Part shown: piece after piece, positions 38,974-48,060 of the stretch | Numbering within the stretch: position 1 is the first letter of the stretch | How the letters are laid out: each line of letters opens with the position of its first letter | Assembly: GCA_965209055.1 (NCBI GenBank) | Contig: OZ242374.1 | Location: 2,656,001-2,720,000, forward strand | Length of the DNA stretch: 64,000 bases | Direction of reading: 5' to 3' | DNA from: Acidobacteriota bacterium | GTDB lineage: Bacteria > Acidobacteriota > UBA6911 > RPQK01 > JAJDTT01 | Made by a program: the position numbers and the translations under genes | The notes under the pieces: generated by a model | The model's input: only the letters and a program-made list of their open reading frames with translations | The model's database searches: none | What the model was told of the DNA's origin: nothing

Positions 38974-38998
38974 GGGGACAGGAATGTCGCTCCTCCTA
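38974..38998 (-). repeat. REP-like palindrome overlapping the ARPP-1 stop codon
   Basis: Reverse complement TAGGAGGAGCGACATTCCTGTCCCC, same family as 3696-3720. Confidence 0.6.
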
Positions 38999-39901
38999 GC
39001 GGCCGTTCCTCATCCAGAAGCTGCCGTGGACGAACATTCCGTCGAGCGTCAACGCTTGGCCGATTCTTTTCTCGTCGCGGACGCGTAGCTCCGTTCCCAG
39101 CCCGACGCCGGAGGCATCCTGCGATTGCATGGCGCCGAAGCGGCGGATTACCCACAGCGCTCGTTCGACCGACGGCGCCTGGGATTCGGGGGGAAGTTCC
39201 AGCAGGTGCGAACCGATCAGGGCTTCCCAGTGCTCCGCCAGTAGATGTCGAGAACCGAAGAGTTCGACGGCCGTCACCCAATGGCCATGGGATACGGCAA
39301 TCCCGCATTGACCAGGAAGCGGCCCAAGTTCCGCCAACTCTTGGGCGGCCTCAGCGCGGCTCGGGTCTCGACGATAGACTCGCCGGTTGCTTTCGGAGGC
39401 GGCCGCCGTGGCAGAGGGCGCTCGGTGAAATCGCATCTCTCGATGGACCTCGTTCCAGACGGCTCCTTGATCTCCGCGGCGAGATCGGCCCTGCTTCATG
39501 GACGAGTGAACGCCCTCCTGACTCCTTCTGCGGACTCGCGGCGAAGAGTGGTGGATGTTGCGGCGGTAGGACCGGGGGGGGCCCCACCGTCCTTCCTCCA
39601 GGCACGACACTGGAATCGGGAGCTCGGTCCTGGGAGGAACCAGCGCAGTGATGTTGACGGCACGGTTCTGTTTGCCTCCCAGGAAGTGTTCTCCCTCCAC
39701 GATCAGAACCGGCGTGTCGGTCGGGTTGACTGCCAACAACGATCCCACCGCCGCGTCGTCCAGCTCACGGATGACCAGCTCAGAGGAGGGCCCCGTTCTG
39801 ATGGTCGGCAGTTCATTTTCCAGCAGATAGATGGGGAAGAATGAAACGCCGAGCCGCGTGATGGGTGCCCCGATCGCGGCGGTGGAAAGGTGTGGAATCA
39901 T
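38996..39901 (-). CDS. ARPP-1 / DUF6569 family protein
   Basis: LIVEGEHFLGGKQNR..IPVSCLEEGRW..DQGAVW..ELFGS motif pattern. Confidence 0.8.
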   Translation of the reverse strand: MIPHLSTAAIGAPITRLGVSFFPIYLLENELPTIRTGPSSELVIRELDDAAVGSLLAVNPTDTPVLIVEGEHFLGGKQNRAVNITALVPPRTELPIPVSCLEEGRWGPPRSYRRNIHHSSPRVRRRSQEGVHSSMKQGRSRRGDQGAVWNEVHREMRFHRAPSATAAASESNRRVYRRDPSRAEAAQELAELGPLPGQCGIAVSHGHWVTAVELFGSRHLLAEHWEALIGSHLLELPPESQAPSVERALWVIRRFGAMQSQDASGVGLGTELRVRDEKRIGQALTLDGMFVHGSFWMRNGR

Positions 39902-39935
39902 ATTGGTGCCCTCCTCTTGTCCTGGTCCAAATTGT

Positions 39936-39978
39936 TATTGTTACAATTACAATATCAGATATTGTAGATTTGTCAAGA
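39936..39978. promoter_or_regulatory. Putative NrtR operators overlapping a leftward sigma70 promoter
   Basis: Perfect TATTGT-N7-ACAATA (39936-39954), degenerate TATTGT-N7-TCAAGA (39960-39978), and minus-strand TTGACA at 39971-39976. Confidence 0.75.
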
Positions 39979-40000
39979 ACTGGATACAATCTTTTTTGAG

Positions 40001-40753
40001 ATGCGGCCGGGTGACCCCCCTCCGTACAACCCCGATGAATTCGACCGTGTGGCCGTCACGGTGGACGTGGTGGTGTTTACGATCCGGAACGACGAACTCC
40101 ATGTGCTCCTGGTGGAACGGGGCCAGGAACCGTTCCTTGGGGCTTGGGCGCTGCCGGGCGGCTTCGTGCGGCCGGACGAAGATCTGATGGCCGCCGCGTT
40201 CCGAGAACTACGAGAGGAGACGAACGTTTCCGTCGGTGGGTCGTATATGGAGCAACTCGGGAGCTACGGAGCGCCTGGGCGCGACCCGCGCATGCGAGTG
40301 ATCACGGTTGCGTATTGGGCTGCTTGCGCCGAGCTCGAGCAGCCGCGGGGCGGGGGTGACGCCGCATTCTCGGACCTGATGCCGGTGGCGAAGATCGAAC
40401 GTGGAGGCATCCGTCTGGCCTTCGACCACGACCGGATCGTGCGGGACGCGGTCGAGCGATTGCGAGCCAAGTTGGAGTACACTGCGCTTGCGACGAAATT
40501 TTGCCGGCCGCAATTCACCATCAGTCAGCTCCGCAGGGTGTACGAGACGATCTGGGGCAGCCGCCTCGATCCGGGTAATTTCCAGCGCAAGATTCGCCAG
40601 AACCCCGCGTTCAGGAGCCTGAAATCAATGCGGTCCCCGCGCGGACTTCGGGGAGGGAGGCCTGCTTCACTCTGGTCCGCGTCCGATGAAGTTCCAAAGG
40701 CCATGTCTCCGATCGCTCGACGCCGCATGCCGCCCGACGACGATCCGGAGTAG
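40001..40753 (+). CDS. nrtR: NrtR-family Nudix/wHTH ADP-ribose-responsive regulator
   Basis: VTVDVVVF, WALPGGFV..ELREET, RDPRMRVI, LAFDH, FTISQL..YE..DPGNFQRK..GGRPA. Confidence 0.88.
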   Translation: MRPGDPPPYNPDEFDRVAVTVDVVVFTIRNDELHVLLVERGQEPFLGAWALPGGFVRPDEDLMAAAFRELREETNVSVGGSYMEQLGSYGAPGRDPRMRVITVAYWAACAELEQPRGGGDAAFSDLMPVAKIERGGIRLAFDHDRIVRDAVERLRAKLEYTALATKFCRPQFTISQLRRVYETIWGSRLDPGNFQRKIRQNPAFRSLKSMRSPRGLRGGRPASLWSASDEVPKAMSPIARRRMPPDDDPE

Positions 40754-40816
40754 GGCCGATCCGCCGGCGGTTTCCGCCCCGGTTTGGTCGTTTTGCGGGA
40801 CGTTCACCATGGACCG

Positions 40817-41710
40817 TCAGCCGTGAACGTCACCGCTCCCGGTTGGCGGCTCTGGCTGGTTCCAGGGCATCGTGATCGTCGGTTTGGGGTCGTGGTGGTC
40901 GCCCCTGGGCGGCTTCGGCGTCGACCCGAATTCCTGGATCCAGCGAACCAGTTGCCGGGCCGATTCCATCACCGCCCGCCGGCCCTTCTCCTTGGTCGCC
41001 AGCGTAGCGTGACCCAGCACGCCGGTGTCGGAATAGCTGGCTGTCCAAGAAGTCACGGGCGCCGGTCCGCCAGCGAGAAGATCGGTCCAGAAGAAGTCGG
41101 ACTCCGCCTTGTTGTATTCGATGTCTCCATCGGCAATCTTGTCGTGCCGGACGTTCCCTTCGTCGAGATACATGTAGGCCGAGGTTTCCAGCTCTCCCGC
41201 GTGAGAGCAGCCGCCCGGAAACTTGCTCTCCCTCCAGGATTTGTAGAACTCCTGGTCGATGGTGATCAGACTCCACCAGGAGAGGGCGCTGCACTCCGCA
41301 TCGGTCTCCAGGTTGATCCGCCGGGACGCCAGATCCAGGTTGGGCCAATTGGAGCCGTGTCCGTTGAGCAGGATGATCTTCTTGAATCCGTGATAGGCGA
41401 GGCTCTTTCCCACGTCCATGACCATGCTGATGAAATGCTCGTAGTGAATGTTGATGGTTCCGGGAAAGTCCATCACGTGCGCCGTGTAGCCGTGGACGAT
41501 GGGCGGCATCACGAGGACCTGGTCGGGAATGAGCCGGGCCGCGTGGTGGGCCACCCCGAGGGGACAGACCACGTCCACATCCAGCGGCAGATGGGGGCCG
41601 TGCTGTTCGATCGATCCGATCGGCACCACGACAACCTTCCTGTCCTTTACGGCCTGGTTGATCTCCGGCCAGGTCCGCTTTTCGTATCGCCAAGGTTCTC
41701 TTGTGGACAT
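40817..41710 (-). CDS. Creatininase family amidohydrolase
   Basis: PIGSIEQHGPHLPLDVD, FPGTI, NGHGSN, HAGELETS, ATKEKG. Confidence 0.92.
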   Translation of the reverse strand: MSTREPWRYEKRTWPEINQAVKDRKVVVVPIGSIEQHGPHLPLDVDVVCPLGVAHHAARLIPDQVLVMPPIVHGYTAHVMDFPGTINIHYEHFISMVMDVGKSLAYHGFKKIILLNGHGSNWPNLDLASRRINLETDAECSALSWWSLITIDQEFYKSWRESKFPGGCSHAGELETSAYMYLDEGNVRHDKIADGDIEYNKAESDFFWTDLLAGGPAPVTSWTASYSDTGVLGHATLATKEKGRRAVMESARQLVRWIQEFGSTPKPPRGDHHDPKPTITMPWNQPEPPTGSGDVHG

Positions 41711-41818
41711 GGGACGACCTCCTTGCTCTTTCAGATAATTCGGGTTCGAAAAACAGTCACGTCGACTCGGAGTCGAGCACACCGGGCATGTCGACGCTCA
41801 CCCGCTCCATCGGCCTCG

Positions 41819-44497
41819 TCAGGGACAGCCGGATTCGTCAATGACACAGGCCCGGGTCGGTCGTCCGGCCTCCTCTCCGGGGAGCCAGATGAACAGTGGC
41901 GCATGCGGTTCCGGGGGAGGCCAAGGTACGGGAATCCTGAGGGTCTGCTCGTGGGATCCGTCCGGAGAGGGGGTGGCGGTACCGGAGACCGGGCAGCCTT
42001 CCCTCTCATTCCAGCCGACTCTGACGATCCGATACAGACGTTCGCCGCTGAGGATACCTTCGTACAGGTTCGTGTCTTCGTTCTCCAATTGACAATCCTG
42101 CTGATCACCCGGACTCTCCCGCGTCATGACGAAACGCTCAATCCGAGGGAGCTGGATGACCTTGCCCAAACTATAGGTGTTCGACATTCCTCGGCTCCCG
42201 TCACTCAATCTCACGGACAGCGAGCAGTTGGGGACCTGCAAGTCTCCGGAGTCGATTGAGAGAAACAATGCATCGTTGTTGGCGAGGTCGAGTGAGGCTG
42301 TCCCTTGACGCTGGCCGGGGCGAAGGGTGAACCGGGCCTGAAACGACTCACCGGCCGGGCCACACCCCAACTCGAGGGATGTTGAGGAGCCCAGGTTCTT
42401 TACTTCGATAGTAAAACTGACAAACACACCCGTCGGGACCTCATCCTCTCCCATCCCCAGCTCGGCACCAGGTGGGAGCAATCGTTCATGACCCTCTATG
42501 CTCGGACGGGGCCCCACGACTTCGATGCATCCTCCCGGGACACTTCGGGGGCCCGTACGGCTTAACAGTTGCAATTGGAATGGCAGACAGTCGCCCTCCT
42601 CGGCGTCGGAGTTTTCGTGCCACGAGACCGTGGCGGTCCTCTTGGACACCGTTCCCGAGGGCCAGCTCTCCAAATCGCAACTTGTCGGGTCTTCGTGGAG
42701 TTTCCAGGTCAACTTGTCGTTGCTGATCCCACAGATCCACTCCAGTCCGGCACCCTCCAGGCTGAGTGTTTCCTCTGCTCCGGATTCGGCGCCAATTCTC
42801 AATGATGGGTCATTGATCTTGGGGGCCGCAGGATAAACGGTCAGGTCGGTGTTGGCAGTTGCCTTGCCGGACGAGGTCATCCTTAGTTGATAGAAACCTG
42901 GGGAAAGCTCGCTGGAATCCAGATCGAAGGCCAATCCTGGTCGCTTGCCGGAGTCCGTATCCCTATCGGACAACTGAAAATGGCGCACTCCGTCTGCCGT
43001 CGATCGCGACTGCCGGGCGGATGAGCCCGGTGATCGTTTCCACGAAACAAGCGGAACTGCCGCTTTCTCCCAACCCATGTCAGGGATCTTGAAGAGCTCC
43101 AGCGAGTCGACGAACTGAAAATCGCTGGCCTCCAACTCAACGCGGACGGGTCCCCACCCTGCAATCAGTGGGTTCTCCGGTTTCAGGCGGACCCTTGCTT
43201 CCCCTGGTTCTGGAGAATGGAGCCGGAACTCGTCCGTCTTCAGATTTTCGGCGTCCCAGTCCCAGGCAGCTTCAAGAACGTAACGTCCATCTTTCGGAAG
43301 CTCCGCAACCCCCGGTTCTCGCTCCCAGTCCAGTTGCAATGAATCCAGCGACGGACGTGAAACCGTAATCTGGTTGAAGGTCTGGTCCGTTTCGACGTTG
43401 ACGAGCTCCCAGCCCTGAGCCCTGTGCAGTTGAGGGACGCTGCGTTCCAAATGCAACATGCCGCCCTGGCCAATCGGAAGGTTCTGGTCGGGTTCAATCT
43501 TCACGGTCTGGGGTTTCTCCACCCGGGTGAGCAATGCCCCGAGATAGACAGTATCGTGAGGTTTGCTGGGAGGGGACAGAGAGTGCAGTGTGATGTTGTC
43601 GGGGTCCTCCTTCCGGAGAAGGACAGGTTCGATGTCGTAGATTTTCTTGAACGGCACCGAAATGTTGGTGGCGAGAGTCGTCAGTCCCTTGATCAACCCG
43701 GCGAAGGGCACACCAACTGATGCCGCGGATCCGGCAATGTTTCCGACGGAACGCGCCACTCTTCGTAAATTGCCGCTTGACTGCGGGTCACGCGGGTCGC
43801 TGGACATCAAAGCCGGGGTCACGGCGCGCATCAACTGGTGCAACCGCAGTATGGCCGGATCTCCCCTGTCGAGACGGCTCGCGTCAAACCGGTACCGGGA
43901 GGCAAATTCGTCCAACAGGGCGACCAGGGGTTCGTCATCTTGAGACTCTTCCCAATGGGCCGCCGCTTTCTTGATGACATCCTCCTCCGCATTCAGATCA
44001 GAGTAGTTGGCAAGTTGAGTGATGAAATGCAGATAATCCGGGTCGTTGAGCGCACTCCTGATTTTATTTTCAAGATCGTCACTCCATTTCTTGTGGCTGA
44101 AAACCAGTCCCAAGATCCGTGCGTCGCCGCTATCGGGAATCTGCCACTCAGGATGAGTGGGCGCTGCGTCAGTGTCATAGACGCCGTTGTGGCCCAGTTC
44201 CACGATCGTGGGGGACACGACGTAGAACGCGAGCCAAGCGTCTTTTCGGTCTTCCTTTTTCTGGTCAATATAACTTTCCAACCTGGCCAGAACGATTTTC
44301 TGGCCTCCCGCCAGTCGATTCACCCTGGTCAGGGGAATCGTTCTCGCGCCGTCCGCGCCCTGCCGATTCTCTGTTTCCACCCTGAGCCGGATTCTGCCGA
44401 GCAGGTTGCTCGCTTGCATTTCCTCTGCGATCGCCTGCTGCCACACGAGCAAAGCCAGAGCCAGGCCTATCCCCAGTGTTTTCTGGCTTCCTGTCAT
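41819..44497 (-). CDS. Large secreted hypothetical protein
   Basis: 892-aa ORF with a signal peptide and a preceding GGAGG RBS. No catalytic motif recognised. Confidence 0.75.
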   Translation of the reverse strand: MTGSQKTLGIGLALALLVWQQAIAEEMQASNLLGRIRLRVETENRQGADGARTIPLTRVNRLAGGQKIVLARLESYIDQKKEDRKDAWLAFYVVSPTIVELGHNGVYDTDAAPTHPEWQIPDSGDARILGLVFSHKKWSDDLENKIRSALNDPDYLHFITQLANYSDLNAEEDVIKKAAAHWEESQDDEPLVALLDEFASRYRFDASRLDRGDPAILRLHQLMRAVTPALMSSDPRDPQSSGNLRRVARSVGNIAGSAASVGVPFAGLIKGLTTLATNISVPFKKIYDIEPVLLRKEDPDNITLHSLSPPSKPHDTVYLGALLTRVEKPQTVKIEPDQNLPIGQGGMLHLERSVPQLHRAQGWELVNVETDQTFNQITVSRPSLDSLQLDWEREPGVAELPKDGRYVLEAAWDWDAENLKTDEFRLHSPEPGEARVRLKPENPLIAGWGPVRVELEASDFQFVDSLELFKIPDMGWEKAAVPLVSWKRSPGSSARQSRSTADGVRHFQLSDRDTDSGKRPGLAFDLDSSELSPGFYQLRMTSSGKATANTDLTVYPAAPKINDPSLRIGAESGAEETLSLEGAGLEWICGISNDKLTWKLHEDPTSCDLESWPSGTVSKRTATVSWHENSDAEEGDCLPFQLQLLSRTGPRSVPGGCIEVVGPRPSIEGHERLLPPGAELGMGEDEVPTGVFVSFTIEVKNLGSSTSLELGCGPAGESFQARFTLRPGQRQGTASLDLANNDALFLSIDSGDLQVPNCSLSVRLSDGSRGMSNTYSLGKVIQLPRIERFVMTRESPGDQQDCQLENEDTNLYEGILSGERLYRIVRVGWNEREGCPVSGTATPSPDGSHEQTLRIPVPWPPPEPHAPLFIWLPGEEAGRPTRACVIDESGCP

Positions 44498-44776
44498 TTC
44501 AACCTCCAGAAATATTCGCCGCTGACGGTCCCGGCTTCGATTCCCCTTTGGGGGCGCGGGTCATGAGCTTCCTCGCGTCGTCCTTCGACTCCGCAGTTTA
44601 CCCCATCGCTGGAGTCCTGTTTGTTGCGGAGAACTGCTATCTTCGGTGACAGGACTCAGACACCGGGGAACGGGTGATCCCATCCTCCCGCAGGGAGCGC
44701 TCGACGAAATTCAGACGTGAAGCAGCGTGCCGCTCCGGTTTTCGTCACGCTCGCGGGACTGAGAAAGAAGATAACC

Positions 44777-46744
44777 GTGTCCGAAACAAGGTTGCTGATC
44801 GACCTGACTCTGCTCGTCGGTATTGCGATCCCCATCGTGGCGCTGGCGCACCGGTTGTCGGCTCCATCCCTGGTGGGTTTCCTGGTGGCCGGAGTCCTGG
44901 TGGGTCCCAGCGGATTCGGACTGATCAGCGCCACACACGAGGTGGAGCTTCTGGCCGAGATCGGCGTCGCCCTCCTGCTCTTCGAAGTGGGACTCGAGCT
45001 TTCCCTCTCCCATGTGCGTCAATGGGCGCGGTCGGTATTCATGGGCGGCGGATTGCAGGTCGGCTGCACGCTGCTTGTAGTGGCGGGCTCGGCCATCGCC
45101 TTCGGCATTCCGCCCGGCCAGGCGATCTTCTACGGCGCCTTGGTCGCGTTGTCTTCCACCGCCATCGTCACCAAGATCTACTCGGAACGGGCCGAACTGG
45201 ACACGGCGCACGGGCGTTCCGTGATCTCCATCCTGCTCTTCCAGGATCTGTGCGTATTGCCGCTCATTCTCGTTCTGCCGCTGCTCACAGGACTGGGAAC
45301 CGCCGATAAGGCTGCAATGGGCGTCGAGTTCCTGCGCGGGCTCGTCATCATCACCGCGCTGCTGATCGGTGGCCGGTTCATCGTCCGCCGGACGCTGGAC
45401 CGAATCGTGGTGTTTCGCGACCGCGACCTGTTTACCTTGTGCGTCGCTTTTTTCTGTATTGGTACCGCCGTGGTCACTGCCTGGGCGGGTTTTTCCATCG
45501 CCATCGGCGCCTTCATCGCCGGCCTGGTCATCTCCGAATCGGAATACGGGTTGCAGGCGCTATCGGACGTCCTCCCCTTTCGGGCCGTGTTCAGCGGAAT
45601 ATTCTTCATCTCGGTCGGAATGCTGCTCGATATTTCCGCCGTGATGACGCAGCTTGGCGTGCTCGTTCCCCTGCTGGCGTTCCTGTTTGCGCTCAAGGTC
45701 GCGCTGGTGGCGGTATCGGTCCTTGCGGTCGGCGGAATGCTCACGACCGCTCTGATCAGTGGCCTCACCCTGGCTCAGGTCGGCGAATTCTCAATACTAC
45801 TCGCCGCGGAGGGGTTGCGCCTGGGGCTCTTTCGGGAAGGCGACTACCAGTTGTTCCTCAGTGCGGCAGTGCTGTCCATGATGGCCACGCCGTTTCTGAT
45901 TCGCTATGCGCGGCGCATCGCCGAACGTATCACGCCGTCCGGCGGGGGATTGCGGGGTGTCGCCGAAACGGCCTCGGGCGGCGCCATGTCCGACCACACC
46001 ATCATCGTCGGCTACGGCGTCGCCGGACGATATCTGGCACGGGTGCTCAATGCGGCGGGGATCACTTGCATCGTCGTCGAGCACGACGCGGATCTCGTCC
46101 GGCGCGCACGCAGGGACGGGATCCCGGCGGCTTTCGGGGACGGTTCCCAACCCGCCGTCCTGGCGCACGTCGGCGCCCGTCACGCCCGGGTCGTCGTCTT
46201 GGCCATATCCTCACCGACCGAGGAAAGCCGCGGGGTCGCGGCGGCGCGCGACCTGAATTCGGAGGCCCGGATCATCGTGCGCACCCGATACACCCGCTCC
46301 ATCGACGAATTGATGTCGCTCGGGGCCACGGACGTGGTGGTCGAGGAGTTTGAAGCCTCCATCGAATTGTTCGCGAAGGCCCTTGAAAGCTACCGGATTC
46401 CCATCAACCGGATCTGGCAGGAAGCCGAGACGGTGCGTACGGAACACTATGGATTGTTGCGGGGTACGGCGCAGCCCGACCTGCGACTCGATTCACTGAA
46501 GCATCTCGGCATTCACGATGCGCTGGAACTGATGGAAATCAGGGATGGCGCGAGGGTCATCGGAACGAGTGCGACGTCATTGAATTTGAGGCGACGCACC
46601 GGCGTCGTGCAGATCGCCGTGGTGAGGGAGGGTCAGCCCATCTACCAGCGCGATTCGGATTTCCACTACAGGGCCGGGGACACGGTTGTCCTGGTGGGCG
46701 ACCGGGAGAGCCTGGATCGGGCCATCGAGTTGTTCCAAGAATAG
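44777..46744 (+). CDS. Cation:proton antiporter (CPA2, KefC-like) with TrkA_N/TrkA_C domains
   Basis: LAEIGVALLLFEVGLE, LSSTAIV, LLFQD, LAQVGEFS, IVGYG and C-terminal TrkA_C. Confidence 0.93.
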   Translation: MSETRLLIDLTLLVGIAIPIVALAHRLSAPSLVGFLVAGVLVGPSGFGLISATHEVELLAEIGVALLLFEVGLELSLSHVRQWARSVFMGGGLQVGCTLLVVAGSAIAFGIPPGQAIFYGALVALSSTAIVTKIYSERAELDTAHGRSVISILLFQDLCVLPLILVLPLLTGLGTADKAAMGVEFLRGLVIITALLIGGRFIVRRTLDRIVVFRDRDLFTLCVAFFCIGTAVVTAWAGFSIAIGAFIAGLVISESEYGLQALSDVLPFRAVFSGIFFISVGMLLDISAVMTQLGVLVPLLAFLFALKVALVAVSVLAVGGMLTTALISGLTLAQVGEFSILLAAEGLRLGLFREGDYQLFLSAAVLSMMATPFLIRYARRIAERITPSGGGLRGVAETASGGAMSDHTIIVGYGVAGRYLARVLNAAGITCIVVEHDADLVRRARRDGIPAAFGDGSQPAVLAHVGARHARVVVLAISSPTEESRGVAAARDLNSEARIIVRTRYTRSIDELMSLGATDVVVEEFEASIELFAKALESYRIPINRIWQEAETVRTEHYGLLRGTAQPDLRLDSLKHLGIHDALELMEIRDGARVIGTSATSLNLRRRTGVVQIAVVREGQPIYQRDSDFHYRAGDTVVLVGDRESLDRAIELFQE

Positions 46745-46815
46745 GAGTCTGCGCCGTAGGCTCCCAGGCGGGGTCCGGCCCGTCAACGTCTCGCCAACGC
46801 GCGGAGAAATAACCG

Positions 46816-47940
46816 ATGAAAATTACCCAAGTCATCTGTCAGGTTCTGCGGATCGAAGCCGTCGAGGCCAAGACGGCCGGCACTCAGGACACGGTGATTA
46901 TCCGTATCCGCACCGACGAGGGCTTGGAGGGGATCGGGGAAGCGGACGCCAGCCCCGAAGTCGTGAAGTCGATCATCGACGCTCCGTTCAGCCACACCAT
47001 CGCCTGTGGCCTGCGGGAGATCCTGATCGGGGAAGATCCCCTCGAGACGGACCGGATCTGGTCCAAAATGTACCGGCGCACCATGTACTACGGCCGCCGA
47101 GGGGTCGTCATCGCCGCCATGGCCGGAGTCGACCTGGCTCTCTGGGACCTCAAGGGAAAGCTCTTCAACCAGCCGGTCTGGCGTCTGCTGGGAGGGCGTC
47201 ACCGCGATCGCATCCCGGCATATGCGTCGATCCTGTTCGGCCGGGACGGATCCGAAACCCGCGAAATCGCCCAACGCTGGCGCGAAGCCGGTTACGGGGC
47301 CATCAAGTTCGGCTGGGAGCCCATGGGAGAGAGCGAGGTCCTGGACATTGAGCTGGTCCGGGGCGGACGGGAGGGGATCGGTGGCGACAACACGCTCCTG
47401 ATCGACGCCGGCTGTGTTTGGGATGCGCGGACCGCGCTGCGCCGGGCCGAGGCGTTCAATGATTACGGGATCGGTTGGCTGGAAGAGCCCCTGGAACAGG
47501 ACGACATCGACGGATACGTCTGGCTTCGGGACCGATCGCCGGTGCTGATCGCGGCGGGAGAAGGGGAGTGCGGCCGAGCCGCCTTCCGGCCCTGGATCGA
47601 CCGGCATGCGCTGGACATCTACCAGGTCGACCTGGCGCGCAACGGGTTCACCGAAGCCGCCTACATTCGACAGCGGGTGGAGGAGATCGGAGCCCGCGTC
47701 TGCAACCACTGTTACAAGACGCCCATCAGCGTGGCGGCCTGCCTGCACTGGATCAGCACCAGCAAGAGCGCCTTCATTTTCGAGGACTGCGTCGAGGATT
47801 CGCCCCTGCGCCACGAGCTGACGCGCGAGAAACTGCAGGCGGTCGACGGCCGAATCGCCGTGCCGGACGGCCCAGGCCTGGGAATCACGCTCAACGAGTG
47901 CTTCGTCGCACGTTTCCTGGTCTCGGAGTCGGGAGGTTGA
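46816..47940 (+). CDS. Mandelate racemase/muconate lactonizing enzyme family protein
   Basis: GVDLALWDLKGK, IKFGW, LIDAG, WLEEP, AGEGE, PDGPGLG. Confidence 0.92.
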   Translation: MKITQVICQVLRIEAVEAKTAGTQDTVIIRIRTDEGLEGIGEADASPEVVKSIIDAPFSHTIACGLREILIGEDPLETDRIWSKMYRRTMYYGRRGVVIAAMAGVDLALWDLKGKLFNQPVWRLLGGRHRDRIPAYASILFGRDGSETREIAQRWREAGYGAIKFGWEPMGESEVLDIELVRGGREGIGGDNTLLIDAGCVWDARTALRRAEAFNDYGIGWLEEPLEQDDIDGYVWLRDRSPVLIAAGEGECGRAAFRPWIDRHALDIYQVDLARNGFTEAAYIRQRVEEIGARVCNHCYKTPISVAACLHWISTSKSAFIFEDCVEDSPLRHELTREKLQAVDGRIAVPDGPGLGITLNECFVARFLVSESGG

Positions 47941-48060
47941 ACTTCGGCATGTCAGCCGGTTGCCGGCGATCTCGCAGGCGGCGGCAACCGCTGTCCAACG
48001 GCATCGATCACGGAGCCCGCATGGCCAGGTTCTATCTGAAGCGGGCGTTTCTGTACGGTT

